DNA of 64,000 bases from assembly GCF_000006765.1 (NCBI RefSeq), contig NC_002516.2; one strand, given 5' to 3'. Positions 1 to 13,114 of this stretch are shown here, piece after piece (positions within the stretch are counted from its first letter, which is position 1; each line of letters opens with the position of its first letter). Source of the stretch: Pseudomonas aeruginosa PAO1. GTDB lineage: Bacteria > Pseudomonadota > Gammaproteobacteria > Pseudomonadales > Pseudomonadaceae. A program made the position numbers and the translations under genes. The notes below the pieces were generated by a model. That model did no database searches. It was not told the DNA's origin and saw only the letters and a list, made by a program, of their open reading frames with translations.

Positions 1-69
1 CTGAAGGGTTCGCTGTTCCCAGGCTGAGCGCACCAGCCTGAGGCGGACGCCCTGGATGCCGCGCCCTGA

Positions 70-86
70 CGCACCGCGGTGGTGCC
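70..86. promoter_or_regulatory. NtrC-like binding site upstream of urtA
   Basis: CGCACC-GCGGT-GGTGCC matches the TGCACC-N5-GGTGCA consensus. It lies about 220 bp upstream of a sigma54 motif. Confidence 0.55.
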
Positions 87-306
87 AGGACGGAGCGACG
101 GCGTTCCCATGGACGCGCCGCCGGCTGCAAGGAGGGAGGTCAGCGCGACGCCTCCCCTTCCGGAGCCCACGGCGCCTTCTCCGTCGATATCCGGCGAAAA
201 CCCGTTGAAAACGCAGCCTTCCCCGGCATAGCCAGACCTGCTCGGCATGCTTCCCCGGCGACTCGCGGCGCCTTTTCGCCGACCGATACCGGCCAGCGCC
301 AAGAAG

Positions 307-322
307 AGGCACAGCCTTTGCT
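307..322 (+). promoter_or_regulatory. sigma54 (-24/-12) promoter for the urt operon
   Basis: AGGCAC-AGCCT-TTGCT with GG-N10-GC spacing, 130 bp upstream of the urtA ATG. Confidence 0.7.
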
Positions 323-451
323 CTGGAGCCTCGACGAAGAGATCCAGGCCGCAGTGCGCACCCCGCCGTCCACCGGACGGATGCCCGACGACAAGCACGA
401 CGCCTCCTGAAAACTGCCGCCCCGACCGCTGGTGAATGGAGAACAACACCA

Positions 452-1717
452 ATGAAACGTCGCAGTCTGCTCAAGGCCTTCACGCTGTCCGCGTTCATCG
501 CTTCCATGGGCCTGTCCTGGTCCATCCAGGCCGCCGAAACCATCAAGGTCGGCATCCTCCACTCGCTGTCCGGGACCATGGCGATCTCCGAGACCTCGCT
601 GAAGGACATGGCCCTGATGACCATCGACGAGATCAACGCCAAGGGCGGGGTCAACGGCAGGAAGCTGGAGGCGGTGGTGGTCGATCCCGCGTCGAACTGG
701 CCGCTGTTCGCGGAAAAGGCCCGCCAGTTGCTGACCCAGGACAAGGTCGCGGTGGTCTTCGGTTGCTGGACCTCGGTGTCGCGCAAATCGGTGTTGCCGG
801 TGTTCGAGGAACTCAACGGATTGCTGTTCTACCCGGTCCAGTACGAGGGCGAGGAACTCTCGCCGAACGTCTTCTATACCGGCGCGGCGCCGAACCAGCA
901 GGCGATCCCGGCGGTGGAGTACCTGATGAGCGAGGACGGCGGCGGCGCCAGGCGCTTCTTCCTGCTCGGCACCGACTATGTCTACCCGCGCACCACCAAC
1001 AAGATCCTGCGCGCCTTCCTGCACAGCAAGGGCGTGGACGACAAGGACATCCAGGAGGTCTACACGCCGTTCGGCCACAGCGACTACCAGACCATCGTCG
1101 CCGACATCAAGAAGTTCGCCGCAGGCGGCAAGACCGCGGTGGTCTCCACCGTCAATGGCGACTCCAACGTGCCCTTCTACAAGGAACTGGCCAACCAGGG
1201 CCTGGAAGCCACCGAGGTACCGGTGGTGGCCTTCTCCGTAGGCGAGGAAGAACTGCGCGGCATCGACACCAAGCCGCTGGTCGGCAACCTCGCGGCATGG
1301 AACTACTTCGAGTCGGTGAGCAATCCGGTCAACGAGAAGTTCGTCGCCGACTGGAAAGCCTACGCCAAGGCGAAGAACCTGCCGAACTACGGCACCGCGG
1401 TGACCAACGACCCCATGGAAGCCACCTACGTCGGCATCCACATGTGGGCGCAGGCCGTGGAAAAGGCCGGCAGCACCGAGGTCGACAAGGTTCGCGAGGC
1501 GATGGCCGGGCAAAGCTTCAAGGCGCCATCCGGCTACACGCTGGTCATGGACAAGAGCAACCACCACCTGCACAAGCCGGTGATGATCGGCGAGATCCAG
1601 GACGACGGCCAGTTCGAAGTGGTCTGGAAGACCCCCGAGCCGCTTCGCGCGCAACCCTGGAGCCCGTTCATCCCGGGCAACGAGAAGAAGCCGGAGCATG
1701 CGCTGAAGAGCAACTGA
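452..1717 (+). CDS. urtA: urea ABC transporter periplasmic binding protein
   Basis: 421 aa with an N-terminal signal peptide. IKVGILHSLSGTMAISE and YPVQYEG motifs are typical of UrtA. First gene of the urt-ure operon. Confidence 0.95.
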   Translation: MKRRSLLKAFTLSAFIASMGLSWSIQAAETIKVGILHSLSGTMAISETSLKDMALMTIDEINAKGGVNGRKLEAVVVDPASNWPLFAEKARQLLTQDKVAVVFGCWTSVSRKSVLPVFEELNGLLFYPVQYEGEELSPNVFYTGAAPNQQAIPAVEYLMSEDGGGARRFFLLGTDYVYPRTTNKILRAFLHSKGVDDKDIQEVYTPFGHSDYQTIVADIKKFAAGGKTAVVSTVNGDSNVPFYKELANQGLEATEVPVVAFSVGEEELRGIDTKPLVGNLAAWNYFESVSNPVNEKFVADWKAYAKAKNLPNYGTAVTNDPMEATYVGIHMWAQAVEKAGSTEVDKVREAMAGQSFKAPSGYTLVMDKSNHHLHKPVMIGEIQDDGQFEVVWKTPEPLRAQPWSPFIPGNEKKPEHALKSN

Positions 1718-1863
1718 GTTCTGCCGTGAAGAACCCTGCCCCCCTGACCAGGCGTTCCCCTGAACGGAACGGGAACGCCCCGGTCGCGCGCCTAACGGCC
1801 CCCTCGTCCTTCAGGGAGAGGGCGGGGGACCGGCCATACCGCACGTCGCCCAGGAACCCCAGC

Positions 1864-3453
1864 ATGCCCCTTGCCCTCCTCACCCGCCCGCTCCATGCCT
1901 GTGTCCTGGTCCTGGCCGCCCTTCTCGCGGTGACGGCCTACGCCGGACCGGCGCAGGACTTCGCCGCTGCCGACAACGGCGGTCGCGCCCACCTGCTCGA
2001 ACACTGGGCGGCGACGCCCGACGCCGATCGCCTGGCCTTTCTCGAAGCGCTGCGCCACAACCGCATTGCGCTGGACAGCCGCCAGCAGCCATTCATCCTC
2101 GGCGCCGACCAGCGTTTCCAGGCCGCCGAAGGCGACGCCCTGCCGGACGGCGAGCCGAAGCCGCTGCGCCTGAACAATCGCCTGCGCGGCCTGCTCAACA
2201 CCGCCCTGGCCAGCCACCAGTTGGTGGCCAACGAAGTGCCGCTGCGGCAGGCCGCCGCGCAGCAGTTGCAGAAAACCGCCAAGGCCGCGCAACGGCCGCT
2301 GCTCGAAGCGCGCCTGCGGATCGAGAGCGACGCTGGCGTGAAGGAAGCCCTCGGCCTGGCCCTGGCCAACCTGCAACTCGGCGATCCCGACCCGGCGCTA
2401 CGCCTTTCCGCCGTGCGCCTGCTCGGCGAGTCCGGCGATCCGCTGGCGCGAACCCGCCTGGAGAACCTGCTCGACCCGGCGGTGGAACCGGAGGAAGGCG
2501 TGCGCATCGCCGCCGCCACCAGCCTGGCCCAGGTCAAGCGCCGGCTGCTGGTCGGCGACCTGCTCGGCCAGGCCTTCAGTGGCCTGTCGCTGGGCTCGAT
2601 CCTGCTGCTCGCGGCGCTCGGCCTGGCGATCACCTACGGCCTGCTCGGGGTGATCAACATGGCCCACGGCGAAATGCTCATGCTCGGCGCCTACTCCACC
2701 TACGTGGTGCAACTGCTGTTCCAGCGCCTGGCGCCGGAATGGCTGGCGCTCTACCCGTTGCTGGCGCTACCGGTGGCGTTCTGCGTCAGCGCCGCCATCG
2801 GCATGGCCCTGGAGCGCACGGTGATCCGCCATCTCTACGGCCGGCCACTGGAAACCCTGCTCGCCACCTGGGGCATCAGCCTGGTGCTGATCCAACTGGT
2901 GCGGATGCTGTTCGGCGCGCAGAACGTCGAGGTAGCCAACCCGGCCTGGCTGTCCGGCGGCATCCAGGTGCTGCCGAACCTGGTGCTGCCGTGGAACCGT
3001 ATCGTCATCATCGGCTTCGCCCTGTTCGTGCTGCTCCTCACCTGGCTGCTGCTGAACCGCACGCGGCTCGGCCTGAACGTCCGCGCGGTGACCCAGAACC
3101 GCAACATGGCGGCCTGCTGCGGGGTGCCCACAGGGCGCGTGGACATGCTCGCCTTCGGTCTCGGCTCGGGCATCGCCGGGCTCGGCGGGGTAGCCCTGTC
3201 GCAGGTCGGCAACGTCGGCCCGGACCTCGGCCAGGGCTACATCATCGACTCCTTCCTGGTGGTGGTGCTCGGCGGCGTCGGCCAGCTCGCCGGCAGCGTC
3301 CTCGCCGCCTTCGGCCTCGGCGTGGCGAACAAGATCCTCGAACCGCAGATCGGCGCGGTGCTGGGCAAGATCCTGATCCTCGCGCTGATCGTCCTGTTCA
3401 TCCAGAAACGCCCGCAGGGACTGTTCGCCCTGAAAGGGAGGGTCATCGATTGA
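1864..3453 (+). CDS. urtB: urea ABC transporter permease with N-terminal periplasmic HEAT-like extension
   Basis: ATG at 1864 (MPLALLTRP) inside ORF 436..3453. C-terminal LivH-type permease (GLAITYGLLGVINMAHGE). Confidence 0.92.
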   Translation: MPLALLTRPLHACVLVLAALLAVTAYAGPAQDFAAADNGGRAHLLEHWAATPDADRLAFLEALRHNRIALDSRQQPFILGADQRFQAAEGDALPDGEPKPLRLNNRLRGLLNTALASHQLVANEVPLRQAAAQQLQKTAKAAQRPLLEARLRIESDAGVKEALGLALANLQLGDPDPALRLSAVRLLGESGDPLARTRLENLLDPAVEPEEGVRIAAATSLAQVKRRLLVGDLLGQAFSGLSLGSILLLAALGLAITYGLLGVINMAHGEMLMLGAYSTYVVQLLFQRLAPEWLALYPLLALPVAFCVSAAIGMALERTVIRHLYGRPLETLLATWGISLVLIQLVRMLFGAQNVEVANPAWLSGGIQVLPNLVLPWNRIVIIGFALFVLLLTWLLLNRTRLGLNVRAVTQNRNMAACCGVPTGRVDMLAFGLGSGIAGLGGVALSQVGNVGPDLGQGYIIDSFLVVVLGGVGQLAGSVLAAFGLGVANKILEPQIGAVLGKILILALIVLFIQKRPQGLFALKGRVID

Positions 3454-4525
3454 ACCAGCCACTCACCGTCACCCTCGCCCGCCGGGCCGGCGGCCGCGTC
3501 ACCGCTATCGCGCTCGGCGCAGCCTTCGCCACGCTGCTGGTCATGCCGCTGCTGCACCTGCTGCCGGCGGACAGCGCGCTGCACCTCTCGGCCTACAGCC
3601 TGACCCTGACCGGCAAGATCCTCTGCTACGCCATCGTCGCCCTCGCCCTCGACCTGGTCTGGGGCTACGCCGGCCTGCTGTCCCTCGGCCACGGGCTGTT
3701 CTTCGCCCTCGGCGGCTACGCCATGGGCATGTACCTGATGCGCCAGGCCTCCGGCGACAGCCTGCCGGCGTTCATGACCTTCCTTTCCTGGAACGAACTG
3801 CCCTGGTACTGGGCCGGCACCCAGCACTTCCTCTGGGCGCTGTGCCTGGTGGTGCTGGTGCCCGGCGCGCTGGCCTTCGCCTTCGGCTACTTCGCCTTCC
3901 GCTCGCGGATCCGCGGCGTGTACTTCTCGATCATGACCCAGGCCCTGACCTTCGCCGGCATGCTGCTGTTCTTCCGCAACGAGACCGGTTTCGGAGGCAA
4001 CAACGGCTTCACCGACTTCCGCAGCATCCTCGGCTTCCCGATCACCGCGCCGGGCACCCGCGCCGCCCTGTTCCTCGCCACCGTCGCGCTGCTCGCGGCC
4101 AGCCTGCTGCTCGGCTGGCGCCTGGCGCGAAGCAAGTTCGGCCGGGTCCTCACCGCGCTGCGCGACGCCGAGAACCGCCTGATGTTCTGCGGCTACGACC
4201 CGCGCGGCTACAAGCTCTTCGTCTGGACCCTGAGCGCGGTGCTCTGCGGCCTCGCCGGCGCGCTGTTCGTGCCGCAGGTGGGGATCATCAACCCCAGCGA
4301 GATGTCGCCGACCAACTCCATCGAGGCCGCCGTCTGGGTCGCCCTCGGCGGACGCGGCACCCTGCTCGGCCCGCTGCTCGGCGCCGGCGTGGTGAACGGC
4401 GCGAAGAGCTGGTTCACCGTGGCCTTCCCGGAATACTGGCTGTTCTTCCTCGGCGCGCTGTTCATCGTCGTCACCCTGTACCTGCCGCGCGGCCTGCTCG
4501 GCCTGCTGCGCAAGGAGAAGGAGCA

Positions 4526-4529
<4 letters not shown>
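3450..4529 (+). CDS. urtC: urea ABC transporter permease
   Basis: TTG start overlaps the urtB stop. LivM-type motif LDLVWGYAGLLSLGHGLFF. Confidence 0.9.
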
Positions 4530-5383
<854 letters not shown>

Positions 5384-5432
5384 CGCCAGCCATCCGCTCG
5401 GCGGGTAGCGCCTGCCAAGTGGCGCCCGTCGC

Positions 5433-5464
5433 GTAGGGCGAATGACCGCTCGCGGTTATCCGCC
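5433..5464 (+). repeat. REP-type palindromic element
   Basis: GTAGGGCGAATGACCGCTCGCGGTTATCCGCC, nearly identical to the copies at 15509 and 38361. Confidence 0.8.
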
Positions 5465-5519
5465 GAGCCAGGTTGGGAATCGCAGTGAAGAACCATCACG
5501 GGACAAATGGAAGAGAACC

Positions 5520-6218
5520 ATGCTGCAAGTCGACAAGCTCCACCAGTACTACGGCGGTAGCCATATCCTCCGTGGCCTGAGCTTCGAGGCGAAGGTGGGC
5601 GAGGTGACCTGCCTGCTCGGTCGCAACGGGGTGGGCAAGACCACCCTGCTGCGCTGCCTGATGGGCCTGGTCCCGGCCCGCGAGGGCCAGGTCGCCTGGG
5701 AAGGCCGTTCGCTCACCGGACTCAGGCCGCACCAGCGGGTCCGCGCCGGGATCGCCTACGTGCCGCAGGGACGGGAAATCTTCCCCCGGCTGACGGTGGA
5801 AGAGAACCTACTGATGGGACTGTCCCGTTTCAGCGCCAGGGACGCCCGGGCGGTGCCGGACTTCATCTACGAGCTGTTCCCGGTCCTGCGCGAAATGAAA
5901 CAGCGCCGCGGCGGCGACCTCTCCGGCGGCCAGCAGCAGCAACTGGCGATCGGCCGCGCCCTGGCCAGCCAGCCGCGACTGCTGATCCTCGACGAACCCA
6001 CGGAAGGCATCCAGCCTTCGGTGATCAAGGAGATCGGCGCGGTCGTCCGCAGCCTGGCGGCGCGCGGCGACATGGCGATCCTGCTGGTCGAGCAGTTCTA
6101 CGACTTCGCCGCCGAACTGGCCGACCAATACCTGGTGATGGCGCGCGGCGAGATCGTCCAGCAGGGCCGCGGCCGCGACATGGAGAGCGAGGGCGTGCGC
6201 GGGCTGGTGGCGATTTGA
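5520..6218 (+). CDS. urtE: urea ABC transporter ATP-binding protein
   Basis: MLQVDKLHQYYGGSHIL start. Walker A GRNGVGKT, signature LSGGQQQQ. Confidence 0.93.
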   Translation: MLQVDKLHQYYGGSHILRGLSFEAKVGEVTCLLGRNGVGKTTLLRCLMGLVPAREGQVAWEGRSLTGLRPHQRVRAGIAYVPQGREIFPRLTVEENLLMGLSRFSARDARAVPDFIYELFPVLREMKQRRGGDLSGGQQQQLAIGRALASQPRLLILDEPTEGIQPSVIKEIGAVVRSLAARGDMAILLVEQFYDFAAELADQYLVMARGEIVQQGRGRDMESEGVRGLVAI

Positions 6219-6301
6219 ACGGACTGGGACACACTGCCGCTGGCGCAACCGGGGCCTGCGCTGGCAATCTCTATGCCCTCGTCTTTCCGCAGGAGGTCGA
6301 A

Positions 6302-6754
6302 ATGACCGTCACTCTGCGCCCGGCCGTCCAGGCCGACGCGGGCTTCGCCGCGCTCTGCGTCGCCGCCGCCTATGCCCCGTGGATCGCGGTGATCGGCCGC
6401 AAGCCCTGGCCGATGACCCAGGACTACCACGAGGTGATCGCCAGCGACCGGGTCCTCATCGCCGAGCACGACGGCCAGCCGGTCGGCCTGCTGGTGACGC
6501 GGGAAACCGCCGACGGCTTCCTCGTCGACAACCTCGCCGTGCTTCCCGAATGCAAGGGCCAGGGCATCGGACGACAACTGCTGGAGCGTGCCGAGCGCGA
6601 CGCGACGAGCCTCGGCTACCGCTCGCTGTACCTCTACACCAATGAGCGGATGACGGAAAACATCGCGCTCTACGCCAGGGTCGGCTACCTCGAATACGAA
6701 CGCCGCCAGGAAGAGGGATTCCGCCGCGTGTTCATGCGCAAGGCCCTGGCCTGA
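6302..6754 (+). CDS. GNAT family N-acetyltransferase
   Basis: AGGAGG RBS before the ATG at 6302. Acetyl-CoA motif [15 protein letters not shown]. Confidence 0.85.
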   Translation: MTVTLRPAVQADAGFAALCVAAAYAPWIAVIGRKPWPMTQDYHEVIASDRVLIAEHDGQPVGLLVTRETADGFLVDNLAVLPECKGQGIGRQLLERAERDATSLGYRSLYLYTNERMTENIALYARVGYLEYERRQEEGFRRVFMRKALA

Positions 6755-6762
6755 CCCGACCG

Positions 6763-7605
6763 ATGACCGCCGCCCTCCCCGACCTGAGCTTCCACCCCGC
6801 CTGGCACGCCCAACTGGAGCTGGCCTACGCCCGCGCCGGCGACGCCACCCGCCCGGTGACGCGGCGCCACGCCGGACCGCTGCGGGTGCAGAAGCACCTC
6901 TACGCCGAAGGCCCGGAAGTCTGCCAGCACATCCTCGTGCATCCGCCCGGCGGCATCGCCGGCGGCGACAGCCTGGCCTTCGACGTGCGCCTCGGCGAAC
7001 GCGCCTGGGCCCAGCTCACCAGCCCCGGCGCGGCCAAGTGGTACCGCGCCGCCTGCCCGGCGCGGCAGACCCTGGAGATCCACCTGGAGCCCGGCGCCAC
7101 CCTGGAATGGCTGCCGCAGGAAAGCATCGTCTTCGCCGGCGCCCAGGCCGAACTGGAAACCCGTATCCAGCTGCGCGGCGACGCCCGCCTGTTCTACTGG
7201 GACATGGTCGCGCTCGGCCGCCCGGCCAGCGGCGAGCGCTTCGCCAGCGGCCACTTCGTCGCGGCCCTGGACATCCGTCGCGACGACCGCCTGCTCTGGC
7301 ACGAGCGCCAGCGCATCGACGGCGGCGACCGCCTGCTCGACTCGCCGATCGGCCTCGCCGGGCATCCGGTGCTGGCGACCCTGGTCGCCAGCGGCGAGAT
7401 CGACACCGACCTGCTGCAACGCTGCCGCGCGCTCCCCTGCGCCGGCCGCGGCAACCTCAGCCAGTTGCCCGGCGGCCTGCTGGTGGCGCGCTGCCTGGCC
7501 GACGAGGCGCTGCACGCGCGTGCCTGGCTGATCGAACTCTGGCGCCTGCTGCGGCCGGCGCTGCTCGGCCGCGAGGCCGTTCCCCCACGCATCTGGAGTA
7601 CCTGA
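6763..7605 (+). CDS. ureD: urease accessory protein UreD
   Basis: [10 protein letters not shown] and [10 protein letters not shown] motifs. Directly upstream of ureA. Confidence 0.95.
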   Translation: MTAALPDLSFHPAWHAQLELAYARAGDATRPVTRRHAGPLRVQKHLYAEGPEVCQHILVHPPGGIAGGDSLAFDVRLGERAWAQLTSPGAAKWYRAACPARQTLEIHLEPGATLEWLPQESIVFAGAQAELETRIQLRGDARLFYWDMVALGRPASGERFASGHFVAALDIRRDDRLLWHERQRIDGGDRLLDSPIGLAGHPVLATLVASGEIDTDLLQRCRALPCAGRGNLSQLPGGLLVARCLADEALHARAWLIELWRLLRPALLGREAVPPRIWST

Positions 7606-7606
7606 G

Positions 7607-7909
<303 letters not shown>

Positions 7910-7917
7910 GGCCGGCC

Positions 7918-8436
7918 ATGAGCGCTTCGATCCGCGACGCCGGCGTCGCCGACCTGCCCGGCATCCTCGCCATCTACAACGACGCCGTGGGCAATACCAC
8001 GGCGATCTGGAACGAAACCCCGGTGGACCTGGCCAACCGCCAGGCCTGGTTCGACACCCGCGCCCGCCAGGGCTACCCGATCCTGGTGGCAAGCGACGCC
8101 GCCGGCGAAGTGCTCGGCTACGCCTCCTACGGCGACTGGCGACCCTTCGAGGGCTTCCGCGGCACCGTCGAGCACTCCGTCTACGTGCGCGACGACCAGC
8201 GCGGCAAAGGCCTCGGCGTGCAACTGCTGCAGGCGCTGATCGAACGTGCGCGGGCCCAGGGCCTGCACGTCATGGTGGCCGCCATCGAAAGCGGCAATGC
8301 CGCCTCGATCGGCCTGCACCGGCGCCTCGGCTTCGAGATCAGCGGGCAGATGCCGCAGGTGGGCCAGAAGTTCGGCCGCTGGCTCGACCTGACCTTCATG
8401 CAACTGAACCTCGACCCGACGCGCAGCGCGCCCTGA
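7918..8436 (+). CDS. phosphinothricin-acetyltransferase-like GNAT (methionine sulfoximine/sulfone N-acetyltransferase family)
   Basis: 172 aa. [14 protein letters not shown] and NAASIGLH motifs of the Pat/YncA family. Confidence 0.88.
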   Translation: MSASIRDAGVADLPGILAIYNDAVGNTTAIWNETPVDLANRQAWFDTRARQGYPILVASDAAGEVLGYASYGDWRPFEGFRGTVEHSVYVRDDQRGKGLGVQLLQALIERARAQGLHVMVAAIESGNAASIGLHRRLGFEISGQMPQVGQKFGRWLDLTFMQLNLDPTRSAP

Positions 8437-8452
8437 GCCCCAAGGAGCCCTC

Positions 8453-8758
8453 ATGATCCCCGGTGAATACGACATCCAGCCCGGCGATATCGAACTCAAC
8501 GCCGGCCGCCGCACCCTCGCCCTGAGCGTGGCGAACACCGGTGACCGGCCGATCCAGGTCGGCTCGCACTACCACTTCTTCGAGGTCAACGACGCCCTCG
8601 CCTTCGACCGTCCGGCCACCCGTGGCATGCGCCTGAACATCGCCGCCGGCACCGCGGTGCGCTTCGAACCGGGGCAGAGCCGCGAGGTGGAGCTGGTGGA
8701 AATCGGCGGCGGACGGCGGGTATACGGCTTTGCCGGGCGGGTGATGGGGGACCTCTAG
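8453..8758 (+). CDS. ureB: urease beta subunit
   Basis: MIPGEY...[19 protein letters not shown]. Confidence 0.98.
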
Positions 8759-8820
8759 GGCCCCACTGGCCAGGTTCGACTAAAGACAGCGAACACCGAC
8801 GATCGCCAAAGGAGCGTTCG

Positions 8821-10521
<1,701 letters not shown>

Positions 10522-10535
10522 TTCCCACGCGACGG

Positions 10536-10556
10536 GTCCCGGCGCCACGCCGGGAC
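10536..10556. terminator. GC-rich hairpin after ureC
   Basis: GTCCCGGCG-CCA-CGCCGGGAC forms a perfect 9-bp stem. There is no U-tract, so it may be a stabiliser rather than a terminator. Confidence 0.4.
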
Positions 10557-10639
10557 GTCGACCGCTCCGTTCGGACAGCTTGGCTTGTCGGCGCTAGCGG
10601 CGACAATGGCGCCTACCCGTAGCCGCCGGCAGTCCGTCC

Positions 10640-12007
10640 ATGTCCTCCCGCCAATCGTCCCGCAACGCTTCCACCCCGTATCTGACCAAGGCCTTCCAGG
10701 CAACGGCCATCGTCGTGGTGAGCTACTTCCTCTACTGGACCTACCAGCTCTACCAGTACGGCGAGATTCCCATCAGCAAGAAGGACGTGATGCTGCGCCA
10801 AGCCATCCTCGCGCGCTTTCCGGCGGACTACGAGGTGGAGATCAAGGGCGCCGACCTGCTCGGCTTCGGCGAGAAATTCCTGGTCGCCTACGGCAATCGG
10901 CGCTTCGTCGGCAAGGCCTTCGCCATGGACGACCAGGTCATCGAGCGCCTGGAGCGGAACCAGGGACGGACCAACCTGCCGCTGGTGAAGGTGTTCTACA
11001 TCGCCGAACCCGGCCTCCTCTCCTCGCTGCTCAACCTCTCCCCGTTCCTGGATATCCAGAAGAACATGGTCGAGCTGAGCCTCCGGGAATACCGGAAGAT
11101 CCAGTTGGTCCCCTTCGATCCGGACGCGAAGCGGAAACCGCGCGAGCAGTTCGAAACCGATTATGCCTTCCCCCAGCTGTTCAGCCTCAGCCAACTGGAA
11201 GTCGCCGACTACGACGGCGACGGCCGCGACGAACTGCGCCTGGGCTACCTGTCCTACGCCGGCGGTTCGGGAGGGACGCGCTGGTCGGTGATCTACGACC
11301 TGAAGGACGGCGCGCTGACCGCCCATTCCGGCTATCCGGAAATGCTCGACATCGACGTCGCCCGGTTCATCCAGGCGGTCAACCTGTACGCCGGCCTCGA
11401 CGGCACCTTGCCGCGCGACCAGCGTCAGCTGGAAGACGTGGTCGGCCGAGGCAGCGAGCGCTTCGCCCTGACCGCCGCGGAGCGCCAGGCACTGGTCGCC
11501 GACCCGCCGCAGCGGGACGACTACGCCAGGGTCCTGATGAGCCTTTCGCCGCGCTCGCCCTACGCCCCCGATCGCTTCATCGACCTCGGCGACGGCAGCC
11601 GACTGACCCTGGCCCCGCGCCATACCGACGATTACTCGACCTTCCTCGACATCGGCGGGAAGAAAATCTTCGTCGAAGCCTTCTACGTCGACGACGACGC
11701 CTGCCACTGGTGCGAGCATCGCTGGCGAGTGATGGCTTTCCATTACGACGACGGTCGCTGGATCTCGGACCGCACCATCAACGGCGACAGCTTCAACGGG
11801 CAATGGCTGCGCAACGCGGAGCCGCTGGGCCTCAACGACGTTTTCGGTACCTACCGCGACCAGGGCCCGACGGGCCTGGCCTGGTCCTTCATCGACCCGC
11901 GCTGGACCGCCTCCAGCCAGCATGACATGGACGATCCGCTGGGCGTGGGAATGCGCACCCTGTCGCCGGTGGAGCAATGGGTGAAGGAACGCTATCGGGA
12001 AAACTGA
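10640..12007 (+). CDS. hypothetical protein with N-terminal membrane anchor
   Basis: 455 aa ORF. Hydrophobic segment at aa ~18-36, DYDGDGRDE motif and CHWC motif. Confidence 0.8.
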   Translation: MSSRQSSRNASTPYLTKAFQATAIVVVSYFLYWTYQLYQYGEIPISKKDVMLRQAILARFPADYEVEIKGADLLGFGEKFLVAYGNRRFVGKAFAMDDQVIERLERNQGRTNLPLVKVFYIAEPGLLSSLLNLSPFLDIQKNMVELSLREYRKIQLVPFDPDAKRKPREQFETDYAFPQLFSLSQLEVADYDGDGRDELRLGYLSYAGGSGGTRWSVIYDLKDGALTAHSGYPEMLDIDVARFIQAVNLYAGLDGTLPRDQRQLEDVVGRGSERFALTAAERQALVADPPQRDDYARVLMSLSPRSPYAPDRFIDLGDGSRLTLAPRHTDDYSTFLDIGGKKIFVEAFYVDDDACHWCEHRWRVMAFHYDDGRWISDRTINGDSFNGQWLRNAEPLGLNDVFGTYRDQGPTGLAWSFIDPRWTASSQHDMDDPLGVGMRTLSPVEQWVKERYREN

Positions 12008-12016
12008 GGCAGGCCT

Positions 12017-12283
12017 TCAGCGCAACTGGCTGTCCTTGCTGCCGCGGCGGTTGTAGCCGCTGAACTTCGCCTGTTCCCTGTCGTGCTCGGTCTGGCAGTT
12101 GACGCACAGGCGCACGCCGGGAATCGCTCGGCGCCGCGCTTCGGGGATAGTCGCGTCGCACTCTTCGCAATGGGTCAGGCTCTCGCCACGAGGCAACTGG
12201 CTGCGCGCACGAGCGATGGCATCCTCGATCGTGCTGTCGATCTGTTCCTGCACCGCACCGTCGTTCGCCCACCCGCTGGCCAT
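12017..12283 (-). CDS. TraR/DksA C4 zinc-finger protein (YbiI-like)
   Basis: 88 aa from MASGWANDGAV with GGAG RBS. CEEC...CVNC zinc finger. Confidence 0.9.
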   Translation of the reverse strand: MASGWANDGAVQEQIDSTIEDAIARARSQLPRGESLTHCEECDATIPEARRRAIPGVRLCVNCQTEHDREQAKFSGYNRRGSKDSQLR

Positions 12284-12408
12284 GACTGACTCCTCTGGCT
12301 GAAACCCTGGAACCTCCAGATATGGGCGTTCGCCCGCGGCTTTGCAAGGGCGGCGCGACCATCGGCCTGGCGTGGCACAATCGCCAGCCAAGCCTGGAGG
12401 TACACCGC

Positions 12409-13023
12409 ATGATGGGACCGTTCCGCCGCCTCGCCCACCTGATCGACCAGGGCCGCCAGCTCGACGCCGCGCTCGCCGGCGATCCGTTCGCTCTGCCGGC
12501 GCCGGAGGACCGCTATAGCGTCCGGCAACTGCACGGCCTGTATCCGCGCCGTCATCCCGGTCTCTACGCACCGCTGCTCGGCAGCCTGGCGCTGCTGCTC
12601 GGTGCCGCGCCGCTGGGTCTTGCCGCGCTGCGCCTGGCATTGCCGGAGGCTCCTTTGCGGCCGCTGGGCTGGCTCTCCGCCCTGCCGCTGCTGGCGGCCT
12701 GGCTGTGGCTGATCGCCCTGCTCTCCCGTGGCGCCAGCCTCGGCCCGCGCCTGGCCCGCGACGCCAGCCTGCTGCTGGTCGGCACCGGGCTCCTGCTGCG
12801 CCTGGCCAGCGGCGAGACGTCGGGCCTGGTGGCGCTCGGCGGCGGCGCCTGTGCCTGGCTGCTGTTCAACAGCCGGGCGATGCAACGCTACATGGAACTG
12901 GTCTACGCCCAGCGCCTGTACCGCGCCCAGTCGGCCAACCGCCCCGGTTCGGCGCAGCGGCGCCTGGCCAACCAGGCCGCCTACCGCGAACGCAAGCGAC
13001 GCGAGCGCTCCGGGCGATCCTGA
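12409..13023 (+). CDS. hypothetical membrane protein
   Basis: GGAGG RBS before the ATG at 12409. About four Leu-rich hydrophobic segments. The longer start at 12322 is also possible. Confidence 0.7.
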   Translation: MMGPFRRLAHLIDQGRQLDAALAGDPFALPAPEDRYSVRQLHGLYPRRHPGLYAPLLGSLALLLGAAPLGLAALRLALPEAPLRPLGWLSALPLLAAWLWLIALLSRGASLGPRLARDASLLLVGTGLLLRLASGETSGLVALGGGACAWLLFNSRAMQRYMELVYAQRLYRAQSANRPGSAQRRLANQAAYRERKRRERSGRS

Positions 13024-13114
13024 ACCAGACTGTCGCCCTGCGACCTTCTGCGCATTGGCGGGCGCCGCCGACCTGCAGGCGCGGCAGCGCAACATGGGCC
13101 TGGCCTGAGGTCGC

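Noticed and set aside
1745-1850. Hairpin-rich spacer between urtA and urtB as a possible sRNA or riboswitch
   Set aside because: The stems (GGCGTTCCC/GGGAACGCC and a degenerate CCCTC..GGGAGAGGG) fit the usual stabilising structures after ABC binding-protein genes. I recognised no riboswitch consensus.
436-1863. N-terminal 476 aa of the 1005-aa ORF fused to urtB
   Set aside because: It is an off-frame overlap of urtA with Arg/Gly/Pro-rich nonsense composition. The real urtB start is at 1864.
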